Shown here: positions 12,406-23,059 of the stretch, piece after piece | Numbering within the stretch: the first letter of the stretch is position 1 | Layout: each line of letters starts with the position of its first letter | DNA from: Octopus bimaculoides | Taxonomy: Eukaryota | DNA length: 32,203 nucleotides | NCBI RefSeq assembly: GCF_001194135.2 | Contig: NC_069005.1 | Location: 24,508,859 to 24,541,061, forward strand | Reading direction: 5' to 3' | Made by a program: the position numbers and the translations under genes | Notes under the pieces: generated by a model | Told to the model about the DNA's origin: nothing | The model's database searches: none | What the model saw: the letters and a program-made list of their open reading frames with translations, nothing else

Positions 12406-13606
12406 AATAACACAAGGGACAGACGAACAATATGAAGGCACAATACCATACAATATAATACAATGTAATATAATATAATATAATATAATATAATATAATA
12501 TAATATAGAATAATATAATATGATATAATATAATATAATATAATATACTAGAAGAGAGTAGACACACAGCATATCAGAACTGTACTGAGACCGAAAATAA
12601 GAACGAGATTTTGGCTGGGCTATTTGAATGGCAGAGAAGAAAATTTGAATGGCAAAGAAGAACTTCTAAAAATAAACTGTGGAATTAGTCAACTGATGTG
12701 TATTGATTTTTACTGTAGAATAACGACTACTACTGCTGCTATCACANNNNNNNNNNNNNNNNNNNNNNNNNNNNNNNNNNNNNNNNNNNNNNNNNNNNNN
12801 NNNNNNNNNNNNNNNNNNNNNNNNNNNNNNNNNNNNNNNNNNNNNNNNNNNNNNNNNNNNNNNNNNNNNNNNNNNNNNNNNNNNNNNNNNNNNNNNNNNN
12901 NNNNNNNNNNNNNNNNNNNNNNNNNNNNNNNNNNNNNNNNNNNNNNNNNNNNNNNNNNNNNNNNNNNNNNNNNNNNNNNNNNNNNNNNNNNNNNNNNNNN
13001 NNNNNNNNNNNNNNNNNNNNNNNNNNNNNNNNNNNNNNNNNNNNNNNNNNNNNNNNNNNNNNNNNNNNNNNNNNNNNNNNNNNNNNNNNNNNNNNNNNNN
13101 NNNNNNNNNNNNNNNNNNNNNNNNNNNNNNNNNNNNNNNNNNNNNNNNNNNNNNNNNNNNNNNNNNNNNNNNNNNNNNNNNNNNNNNNNNNNNNNNNNNN
13201 NNNNNNNNNNNNNNNNNNNNNNNNNNNNNNNNNNNNNNNNNNNNNNNNNNNNNNNNNNNNNNNNNNNNNNNNNNNNNNNNNNNNNNNNNNNNNNNNNNNN
13301 NNNNNNNNNNNNNNNNNNNNNNNNNNNNNNNNNNNNNNNNNNNNNNNNNNNNNNNNNNNNNNNNNNNNNNNNNNNNNNNNNNNNNNNNNNNNNNNNNNNN
13401 NNNNNNNNNNNNNNNNNNNNNNNNNNNNNNNNNNNNNNNNNNNNNNNNNNNNNNNNNNNNNNNNNNNNNNNNNNNNNNNNNNNNNNNNNNNNNNNNNNNN
13501 NNNNNNNNNNNNNNNNNNNNNNNNNNNNNNNNNNNNNNNNNNNNNNNNNNNNNNNNNNNNNNNNNNNNNNNNNNNNNNNNNNNNNNNNNNNNNNNNNNNN
13601 NNNNNN

Positions 13607-13725
13607 CGATAGAATAAGTACTAGGCTTACAAAAGAATAAGTCCTGGGGGTCGATTTTCTCGACTAAAAGGCGGTGCTCCAGCATGGCCGCAGTCAAACG
13701 ACTGAAACAAGTAAAAGAGTAAAAG

Positions 13726-13729
<4 letters not shown>
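13607..13729 (+). mobile_element. SINE family A 3' end emerging from a gap
   Basis: cgatagaataagtactaggcttacaaaagaataagtcctggg...gactgaaacaagtaaaagagtaaaagagt matches the other family A copies. Confidence 0.9.
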
Positions 13730-13756
<27 letters not shown>

Positions 13757-14210
13757 ACAGCATAAATAGCGTAGATAACAGCAGCTGACTGGTAGTTGCC
13801 AGAGCAGTGGAGATAGTACTAACAACAACAGGAACAGCTTGGAGCAGAGGCTGTTACATCGTCAACAGCAGCGGTGATAACAACAACAGCAACTACTGCA
13901 CTGGCGGCAGCAGCAGCGGCAGCAACAGTCGTAATAACAACAGAATGCTCAACAGTAGCAGTAATAGCAACAGCAGCAGCAACAACAAACAACAGCAGCA
14001 GCAACGGCAGCAATATAACATCAAGTCTAGTAGCAAGACAACGACGACTATGAAATTGTTGAGTAGTAGTAGTAGTAGTAGTAGTAGAACAGCGGAAACA
14101 GTAGTAGTAGTAGCAGCAACAGCAGCAGCAGTAGTAGTAGTAGTAGTAGTAGAAGTAGTAGCAGAAGTAGTAGTAGTAGCAGAAGCAGTAATAGTAATAG
14201 TAACAGCAGC

Positions 14211-14284
<74 letters not shown>

Positions 14285-14608
14285 TAGAAGTAGTAGCAGA
14301 AGTAGTAGTAGTAGCAGAAGCAGTAATAGTAATAGTAACAGCAGCAGTAGTAGTAGTAGTAGNNNNNNNNNNNNNNNNNNNNNNNNNNNNNNNNNNNNNN
14401 NNNNNNNNNNNNNNNNNNNNNNNNNNNNNNNNNNNNNNNNNNNNNNNNNNNNNNNNAGTAGTAGTAGAACAGCGGAAACAGTAGTAGTAGTAGCAGCAAC
14501 AGCAGCAGCAGTAGTAGTAGTAGTAGTAGTAGAAGTAGTAGCAGAAGTAGTAGTAGTAGCAGAAGCAGTAATAGTAATAGTAACAGCAGCAGTAGTAGTA
14601 GTAGTAGT

Positions 14609-14640
<32 letters not shown>

Positions 14641-14704
14641 TAGTAGAAGTAGTGGCAGAAGTAGTAGTAGTAGCAGAAGCAGTAATAGTAATAGTAACAG
14701 CAGC

Positions 14705-14742
<38 letters not shown>

Positions 14743-14807
14743 CAGTAGTAGTTGTGGTAGTAGTAGTAGTAGAAACAGTAGTACCAGCAGCAGTAGTAGT
14801 AGTGGTA
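13730..14807. repeat. Compound trinucleotide microsatellite (AAT/AAC/AGC/AGT) with higher-order block structure
   Basis: Runs of AAT, AAC/AGC and then GTA/GCA. A distinctive block starting gtagtagaacagcggaaaca occurs at both 14081 and 14461. Confidence 0.95.
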
Positions 14808-15258
14808 GATGGGCTACAGCAAATATTCTACTCAATACCACAGATTTGCTTGTCAGTTGTTTGACCTTAACCAGTTGAGCATGTCCACTATTGGCTGACG
14901 GTATGTGCATCTCTGATCACGAACAGGAGTAGTAGGGGAATATCATAGCATGTGTTGAGCGGAATTCTTTGGGATTTGAATAAATCCCTTCACCCCACCC
15001 CACCCCTAGAAACATGGGTGTTTCATTCATCATCCTTAAACATACTTTATTCAAGGCCCTTTTGAGCGGGATGGGCTACTTGACCTGAGGAAAATTCTAA
15101 CTGGGCCCCACTTGTATTTCCTGATATGAGGTCACCGTGTCGCACACATATGGTTGTGATGCGTGTACCTGGTATACCCTTAGCAGACGTACAGTGACGA
15201 AGAGTACATTGGGCTTCGCATATTTGCAACCCTAGCGCCACTTTGATGGCGTGTGCTG
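14808..15258 (+). mobile_element. Interspersed repeat family C, 5'-truncated copy
   Basis: Colinear with 15614-16040 (gatgggctacagcaaatattct...aattctaactgggcccca...cactttgatggc). It begins directly within (GTA)n. Confidence 0.85.
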
Positions 15259-15261
15259 TGT

Positions 15262-15431
15262 GCACAAGGCCTGGATTTTTGTGGGGAAGGGGACAATCGT
15301 TCACATCAACAGTTTTCAACTGGTACTTATTTTTATCGACCTCAGCGGAATTTGAACTCAAAACGTAGCGACGGGCAAAATATCGCTGAGCATTTCATCC
15401 AGCGTTCTAACGATTCTACCAGCTCACCGCC

Positions 15432-15433
<2 letters not shown>
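15262..15433 (-). mobile_element. SINE family B (Nin-domain-like), internally deleted
   Basis: The reverse complement reads aggcggtgagctggtagaatcgttag...gagttcaaattccgctgaggtcgataaaaataagtaccagttg...ggccttgtgc. Confidence 0.75.
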
Positions 15434-15515
<82 letters not shown>

Positions 15516-15520
15516 TTTTT

Positions 15521-16052
15521 CCCGGATGCAGTACCAGGCAGTGACTCTCATAGCTTCTGATCTTAATTGATTGGAAGTGTTATCATGTACATTGTTTTGT
15601 CTTGGTATAAAAGATGGGCTACAGCAAATATTCTGCTTAATACCAAACATTTGCTTGTCAGTTGTTTGACCTTAACCAGTTGAGCATGTCTCTTGGTGGC
15701 TGAGGATATGTGCATTTCTGATCATGAGCAGAAGTAGTGGGGGAGGAATTCTTTGGGGTTTGAATAATTCACCCTTTGGAAACATGGGTGTTTTGCTCAA
15801 CATCTTTAAACAAACCTACTCCAGGAACCTTTTGAGCAGGATGGGCGACTCGACCTGAAGAAAATTCTAACTGGGCCCCACCTGCGAGGTCATGCGCTTT
15901 TTATCTTGATATGAGATCACCATGTCGCGCACATATGGTTGTGATGCGTGTGCCTGGTGTACCCTTATCAGACGGGTAGTCATGATGGGTATACTGGGCT
16001 TCGTATATTTTACCCCAGTGTCACTTTGGTGGCAAGGACTGCTCTCTCACTC
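15521..16052 (+). mobile_element. Interspersed repeat family C, longer copy flanked on both sides by (AAT)n
   Basis: (AAT)n lies at 15432-15515 before it and at 16053-16075 after it. The body matches 14808-15258. Confidence 0.85.
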
Positions 16053-16471
16053 AATAATAATAATAATAATAATAATATGAATTACACTGGGAACATTTCA
16101 CATCTTTTATGGACCTGATGTTGTTTTCAGCATCTTTGTAACTGTAGCATAATTTTGACTAAATCTANNNNNNNNNNNNNNNNNNNNNNNNNNNNNNNNN
16201 NNNNNNNNNNNNNNNNNNNNNNNNNNNNNNNNNNNNNNNNNNNNNNNNNNNNNNNNNNNNNNNNNNNNNNNNNNNNNNNNNNNNNNNNNNNNNNNNNNNN
16301 NNNNNNNNNNNNNNNNNNNNNNNNNNNNNNNNNNNNNNNNNNNNNNNNNNNNNNNNNNNNNNNNNNNNNNNNNNNNNNNNNNNNNNNNNNNNNNNNNNNN
16401 NNNNNNNNNNNNNNNNNNNNNNNNNNNNNNNNNNNNNNNNNNNTTAGATTCACTTCAACATTTAAATTAAA

Positions 16472-16550
16472 TTTGCCAAAATATTTTCGTCGCTTTGAGA
16501 CCGCAAAAATATTTTCGTCGCTTTGAGACCGTGACCTGTTCACTGACAAA
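16472..16550 (-). ncRNA. Mirror-image hammerhead ribozyme copy, probably impaired
   Basis: The reverse complement reads UUUGUCA GUGAACA G GUCAC GGUCUCAAA GCGAC GAAA AUAUUU. It has one A-C mismatch in stem II and a 28-nt tandem duplication (16475-16502 / 16503-16530) that displaces the stem I 3' strand (UGGCAAA). Confidence 0.55.
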
Positions 16551-16560
16551 ATTCCGGAAT

Positions 16561-16611
16561 TTTGTCAGTGAACAGGTCGCGGTCTCAAAGCGACGAAAAT
16601 ATTTTGACAAA
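16561..16611 (+). ncRNA. Predicted minimal type I hammerhead ribozyme, G3-C8 core variant
   Basis: Stem I is UUUGUCA (16561-67) paired with UGACAAA (16605-11). The core is GUGAACA (16568-74) plus one extra G. Stem II is GUCGC/GCGAC with loop GGUCUCAAA, followed by GAAA (16595-98). Stem III is the palindrome AAUAUU (16598-16603), and the predicted cleavage triplet is UUU (cut after 16604). Confidence 0.7.
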
Positions 16612-17087
16612 TTAAATTTAAATATTGAAATGAAACTAACGGTTTCTGTGTGTTATTTTAAATGACTTATAAACACCTTCCACGCTGCAATTGTTTTCGT
16701 TCCAGCACACGATCTCAGATCAGGTCACTTGCTATGCAAGTACATCTCCGTAATGTTATGTATAGCTATATATGAAAACAGACTGACATTAGTTGACAGA
16801 AATCTTTGCAAGCTTTAGTAGAGAATACCATTTTTATTAAAAGAAAAAGCAAGCTAGTGATTCCGTAGTTTCGCTGCACGTTAGTTTTGTCATGTCATGA
16901 CATGTTTGTAAGTGGTAGGTGGGGGTCGGAAGAGCGAACAGCTGTATACATACGACACAAACTCACACACAAAACTTCGCTTCATATAAAATATATTTTC
17001 CTTTATCGACGGACTAAATGGTAGAGCTGATCACACATACACGCATGCGCGCGCACACATATACACACATATATGTTTATATATATA

Positions 17088-17205
17088 CTCTCTTTTACTC
17101 TTTTACTTGTTTCAGTCATTTTGACTATGGCCATGNNNNNNNNNNATATATATATATATATATGACAGGCTTCTTTCAGTTTCCGTCTACCAAAGCCTTG
17201 TGAAT
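17088..17205 (-). mobile_element. SINE family A fragments around a small gap
   Basis: actctcttttactcttttacttgtttcagtcattttgactatggccatg, then gacaggcttctttcagtttccgtctaccaaagccttgtgaatggattt. Confidence 0.75.
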
Positions 17206-17477
17206 GGATTTTGTTGTGGTATCATATTTGTGATATGACATGGATTGATAAACGACGTATCTAGTAATCTATGTTGATTGTGTGGTCTATATGTTTTAAG
17301 TTTTTGGTTTTTTCCTTAATATATTTAGTTCATCTGTTCCTTCGTATTACAATGCTTCGGGCCACAATGTAGCTTTTGGGAGAAAGTTCTTTGCTGTATG
17401 GGTACTTTTTGGGAATTATAAGCTAATACCAATTCATTATTTTGATGTAGTAACAAGCAGTTGTTGGTGTAATGAAT

Positions 17478-17862
17478 GTTGGCACTTCGTCGGTTACGAC
17501 GACGAGGGTTCCAGTTGATCCGATCAACGGAACAGCCTGCTCGTGAAATTAACGTGCAAGTGGATGAGCACTCCACAGACACGTGTACCCTTAACGTAGT
17601 TCTCGGGGGAGATTCAGCATGACACAGAGTGTGACAAGGCTGGCCTTTTGAAGTACAGGTACAACAGAAACAGGAAGAAAGAGTGAGAGAAATTTGTGGT
17701 GAAAGAGTACAGCAGGGTTCGTCACCACTCCCCTGCCGGAGCCTCGTGGAGCTTTAGGTGTTTTCGCTCAATAAACACATACAACGCTCGGTCTGGGAAT
17801 CGAAACCGCGATCCTACAACCACGAGTCCGCTACCCTAACCACTGGGCCATTGCGCCTCCAC
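17478..17862 (-). mobile_element. tRNA-derived SINE family D, near full length
   Basis: The head reverse complement is GTGGAGGCGCAATGGCCCAGTGGTTAGGG...GGTTTCGATTCCC (A/B boxes). It is colinear with 27472-27840. Confidence 0.9.
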
Positions 17863-19385
17863 GGCGTAATGAATATACTACACAAATATTTCGCTCTGGG
17901 TTATTACTATTGATTTCTAGGCAGTGTTTATGTTTTGGAAGGCTCTGTGACATATATTTCAAATTTGCAGACGAAGACAGCCGTAGGAACAACAAGCAAG
18001 TGTATTNNNNNNNNNNNNNNNNNNNNNNNNNNNNNNNNNNNNNNNNNNNNNNNNNNNNNNNNNNNNNNNNNNNNNNNNNNNNNNNNNNNNNNNNNNNNNN
18101 NNNNNNNNNNNNNNNNNNNNNNNNNNNNNNNNNNNNNNNNNNNNNNNNNNNNNNNNNNNNNNNNNNNNNNNNNNNNNNNNNNNNNNNNNNNNNNNNNNNN
18201 NNNNNNNNNNNNNNNNNNNNNNNNNNNNNNNNNNNNNNNNNNNNNNNNNNNNNNNNNNNNNNNNNNNNNNNNNNNNNNNNNNNNNNNNNNNNNNNNNNNN
18301 NNNNNNNNNNNNNNNNNNNNNNNNNNNNNNNNNNNNNNNNNNNNNNNNNNNNNNNNNNNNNNNNNNNNNNNNNNNNNNNNNNNNNNNNNNNNNNNNNNNN
18401 NNNNNNNNNNNNNNNNNNNNNNNNNNNNNNNNNNNNNNNNNNNNNNTATATATATATATATATGATACCTATATATTTATTTATGCATATCTATATGAAC
18501 ATTCATGTATGCATATACATATAATATGCATCTACGTATACGAATATATATGCACATAGACACACATATATGCACACATGTATTATTATGTTCGTGAGAA
18601 CTCATATATGTATTTATCTACAAAGACATAAAAATGTATTTATTCATCCACATATTTCCGGATGCCTTTACAGCTTGAGCAAACATTTACATGCTTTTAG
18701 ATCTTGAGCATTCATTTACATGCTTAGGTTTATTGCATGTGATTTCAACAAATATTTTGTTTCTCTCCGAACTTGCGTTGGCATGATTTGCCAAATGCTC
18801 TGAATATCAACCTGATTTTTGTTTATCCTAGGATTAACTGTGAATGAGTTAACCCATTTTGAAAATTAGTCCTTCCCTAACCACATCCTCTTTTCAGGTA
18901 AAATATATATTTAGGATACAATGCAACCGTCTAAAAATCCAATGCGACCTTTAAAAAATATATGAAAACTTGGTTGTTGACGCTCGCACATCTCTAAGGT
19001 GGGATATAAAGAGATGATGGTGGATGGTACTATAAAAACGTAGTTAGTTAAAATAAATAATTGTAGAATTGTAGTGGATATAGAAGAAAGTTCTATAGGA
19101 AGTAGTTTTTAGTGGGGGACACTTGTATCTGAGATTATTTANNNNNNNNNNNNNNNNNNNNNNNNNNNNNNNNNNNNNNNNNNNNNNNNNNNNNNNNNNN
19201 NNNNNNNNNNNNNNNNNNNNNNNNNNNNNNNNNNNNNNNNNGTGACAATCACCAGCTAGCGATGAGAACTCATTCCAAACGCAAAATACTAAATGCTTTT
19301 TTTTCCCAGTAACAAGCTGTCGCTGATCTCGATATATGCATATATGTATACATAGATATGTATGTATATATAAATATATGTGTAA

Positions 19386-19421
<36 letters not shown>

Positions 19422-19554
19422 TTGTGTGTATACTTATGCGCATGATATATTCGTTGGTTGAGTAATAGGTATTCTATTTTATCTTAGATCTCGTTTCCAT
19501 TCCTGCAGAAATCTCCAGAGTAACAAGCAATTGGATCAACCTAAATGAACTATG

Positions 19555-19609
<55 letters not shown>

Positions 19610-19746
19610 GAGAGAGAAAGTAGGATGGAGTGAGAGAGTTAGAAAGCCATAAAACGCATATATTCTGCAATGTGTGGGTGTAGCTACCTATTCTAGCATT
19701 TTTCTTCTCCCTTTCCTTTCTTACTATCACATCCATCCATCCACCC

Positions 19747-19799
<53 letters not shown>

Positions 19800-20552
19800 G
19801 GCATACATACATACGTACATACATACATATGTATATGAATACACGCACATATGCATATATAGACTGAGACAATTTAGCTTTTAAGCTATTTAAAAGTACT
19901 CGACTAAAATGGTTTTCGTTAAGTTAGTAGGAATTTGATAGGCGTAGTGGCGTTGTCGATGGAGAACTTCGCTTCCCAGCAAAATCGCCGCCTTTTCAAT
20001 TTGGTATTTCTTATAAACGAGTGATGTTTGCGTGGCTGCGACACATATATCACAACCTAGTTAAGATGGCGCCCATTTTCTTCACCAACATTAAGACATG
20101 AAATATAAAGGAGAAAACTATTTCTTCTCTTTGTCAACTTCCCGCTGTTGAAAATTGAGTTTTTTTCTAATTGCTTGCTCTGGACTGTATTTTTTTTCTC
20201 TCGCAGAAATCTGTTGGTTTTATCAAAGTAAATATAAAAGCTAACACCATACCAAGATTCATAACATTATTAGAACGAGCAAATCAGGGGAGTCTATTTT
20301 TGTTACTCGGTCAAACAGAAGTAGCAATTCAGTCTTCCTCAAATCTCGTCCTCTTGTCTGAGAAGTACGGTATGTTGCATTCTGTGATCCTGCAACGAAT
20401 GCAGGATCACATAATGTAACATAACGTATAATGTATATTGAAAAAAAAGGGAGGACAGTGACAAATGGAATGCTTTCGTCATAGGTCTGTCCGATCAGAC
20501 ATTACCTAGGGTTAAACAATACCAGCGTTGATATTATATACGGCATAAAAGA

Positions 20553-20726
20553 GGACGAGCTGGCAGAAACGTCATCTAGCTTTACGTTCTGGGTTCAAAT
20601 CTCGCCGAGGTCGACTTTTCCTTTCATCCCTTCGGGAATGATAGAATAAGTACCAGCTGTGAATTGGGGTTAATATAATCAACTTATCCCTCCCCCGAAA
20701 ATTCTGACTTTGTGTGAAAATTTGAA

Positions 20727-20727
<1 letters not shown>
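20553..20727 (+). mobile_element. SINE family B (Nin-domain-like) with (TTA)n tail
   Basis: gagctggcagaaacg...gggttcaaatctcgccgaggtcgacttttcctttcatcccttcgggaatgatagaataagtaccag; (TTA)n at 20728-20781. Confidence 0.8.
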
Positions 20728-20782
<55 letters not shown>

Positions 20783-20881
20783 CGACATTTTCATTACCAC
20801 ACAACAAATTAGACTGTTGGAAGAGAAAAAAAAATCCTAACATCGGGCTACAACAAGTTGCTTTAGATGCCAAGAACCCTC

Positions 20882-22018
20882 TTAGTCCGTAGGCTTGCAG
20901 CTGGACTCCTGGAAAGGCAAATCGATGCTCGTGAGCAAGCGTCGTTGGCGACTGAGCTGATGGGCCATTTAAACAGCTTGGAGTCTGGTTCGGTGGCGAA
21001 CTCCAGGTCGATAAGAACTGGGACGAATTGACGGACATGGTAACCAGTCTTACCCAGAAACGGGCACAGAGAAAGCTGTCCCTAAAAGATCGGGCAGAAG
21101 TGGCGAATGTCATCGTTATTTATTGGCTGTCGTGCCCTGCTTCGGTTATCTCTTGATCAGCTTGTAACATCACTTATTTATTTTCAAGTGGAAAAGACAT
21201 GTTCCAATTGTGAGGCGGTCAGTCTATTACCAGTACCCACTGCATAGTGACTTTGGAAGCTGTGGCGTCTGATGCGCAGACACGCGCTCACGTTACGGTA
21301 CCTGCAACAATTCCTAGACGGTGAAAGTATATGAACTCCGTTCACCCAGGACTGCAGCTCGTCTCTTTGACGGAGCTGCAGTCTTGAGTGGAGGAAGACC
21401 GAGCCTGAATGCCTAGTACCTCAAGTGTCGTCAGGCACTGACAGAGTTGTGTCAGTCGGACAACGGGATCAGTGGACGTTCCATCTCGTAATATATAGAG
21501 GATTAGTAGAAGAAAAATATGACGACGTTCTTAGGGAGAATCTGGGCCTCGATGAAAACGAACTGGCTAGACTGTTCTGCAAGACTTTCCGGTTGGGGAC
21601 AACCAGGGATAATTTCCAGACGTCTTTGGCCTGGCAGTGATACCGAGGCGCACTACAGGTTCGAGATAAACTCTACAGACGTAGATGTACTGTCAGATTG
21701 GTTTGTCCGAAGTGCGCGCAGAACAACGTTCAATATCCGCGCATAACTGACTTGTAGAGTTGTCGAACTGTCATGTGTGGAACAGAACTGGCTATCAGCT
21801 GATATTTTCCCTGCTGCCTTCCTTTAACAGGGTAGGTGAGGCAGTTTTCCTTTCGCTGGTGGCGATTAGGATTTTGTTTATATTTTTATATCTTTTATTA
21901 TATCTATATTGTTGTTGATTTCTTTTTGATCGATGTAACCCTGCTTTTTGTGTGTTGTATTTCTGCCCCTTATATTGCCCACAATATATTGAGCCCTTGA
22001 AGCCAAATAAAAGAAATC
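20882..22018 (+). pseudogene. L1/Tx1-clade LINE ORF2 C-terminal half (post-RT, zf-RVT) plus 3'UTR, degraded
   Basis: Reads SVGLQLDSWKGK, GPFKQLGVWFGGELQVDKNWDELTDMVTSLTQKRAQRKLSLKDRAEVANV, RRHALTLRYLQQFLDG, DNFQTSLAWQ*YRGALQVRDKLYRR...CPKC. The 3' end is gccaaataaaagaaat. Confidence 0.85.
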
Positions 22019-22094
22019 CTTATCCTCTCCATCATCATCATCATCCTCATCATCATCATCATTATAATTATTGTTGTTGTTGTTGTTATTCAAT

Positions 22095-22276
22095 ATTCTT
22101 ATTTTTATCACGTACCTTCACTGCACTACCGAGCGCAGCTCTGTGCGCCTTGGCTACGTGCTGTGGTTTGTTGTGCTTTTGTTATTTTCATTGTGTTGAA
22201 AATGTTTTACGTAGGATGCGTGCGGTGCCTAGTAGTGCTATTTTCTGTATATTACATATACTTGTAAGTCCTGGTG

Positions 22277-22277
<1 letters not shown>
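22095..22277 (-). mobile_element. 3' end of an R4/Dong-like (restriction-like endonuclease) non-LTR retrotransposon
   Basis: The reverse complement encodes TPGLTSICNIQKIALLGTARILRKTFSTQ* (22277-22188), the 'QK..LLGTA.ILRK' C-terminus of R4/Dong/NeSL elements. A short 3'UTR follows. It is flanked by (AAT)n on the 5' side and AAT/AAC-type repeats on the 3' side of its sense strand. Confidence 0.7.
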
Positions 22278-22314
<37 letters not shown>

Positions 22315-22317
22315 GTA

Positions 22318-22348
<31 letters not shown>

Positions 22349-22369
22349 CAGTAGCAGTAGTGATATTTA

Positions 22370-22566
22370 CGTTAACTCGCTGGACAAAATGTCTTGCAGT
22401 ATTTCGTCCGTCTTTTACGTTCTGGGTTCAAATGGCACCGAGGTTAACTTTGCCTTTCATCCGTTTGGGGGTCGATAAAATAAGTACTGGCTGAGTACTG
22501 TGGTCGATGTAATCGACTTATCTCTTCCCAACAAATTTTAAACTTTGTGCTTACAGGAGAGAAAAA
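22370..22566 (+). mobile_element. SINE family B (Nin-domain-like)
   Basis: ggacaaaatg...gggttcaaatggcaccgaggttaactttgcctttcatccgtttgggggtcgataaaataagtac, followed by the (TTA/TCA/GTA)n array at 22567-22805. Confidence 0.8.
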
Positions 22567-22765
22567 TTATTATTATTATTATTGTTATTATTATTATCAC
22601 CATCATTATTGCTACTATTATTAATATTATTACTATTATTATTATTATTATTATTATTATTGTTGTTGTTGTTAGTATTATTATTATTATTATTACTATT
22701 ATTATTATCATCATCATCATTATTATTACTATCATCATCATCATTATCTTTATTATTATTATTAT

Positions 22766-22804
<39 letters not shown>

Positions 22805-23059
22805 AAATCCTCTCTACATAATTAAACAAATGAAATATTTTCATATAAAAGATGAAAAAAAAAATCAACTCGTAATATCGATTGTAATATTTAATAATAA
22901 TAATAATATAAAAAAATAAATCTGATCGTATCAGTTACATTGGTTTTACGACAATCAAACAGACTCAAGCCATTCTATTAAAAATAGCCGGTGATAACTC
23001 ACAAATAGTTCTTGTTGTTCACCGTTTATTTTTCTTTTTTTTTTATTTATATTTTACAG

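Larger units (their letters stand above)
16444..16755. mobile_element. Hammerhead-bearing repeat (Penelope pLTR / retrozyme-like) in head-to-head palindromic arrangement
   Basis: The palindrome is centred at 16555/16556 (attcc|ggaat) and has no loop. Its arms match from 16444 to ~16639, and the left arm runs into the 276-N gap. The right boundary (~16755) is approximate. Confidence 0.5.

Noticed and set aside
20075-20108. AAGATGGCG YY1-like motif near 20063-20072
   Set aside because: It is a single short motif with no CpG island or other promoter evidence.
20445-20520. CTGATCG...GAAA on the minus strand, a possible second hammerhead
   Set aside because: The core deviates without compensation, there is no convincing stem II or III, and the related copy at 11310 lacks the motif.
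21350-21390. Hairpin gactgcagctcgtc-tcttt-gacggagctgcagtc
   Set aside because: It lies in frame within the Tx1 ORF2 remnant (QLVSLTELQS) and is short, so it is probably incidental.
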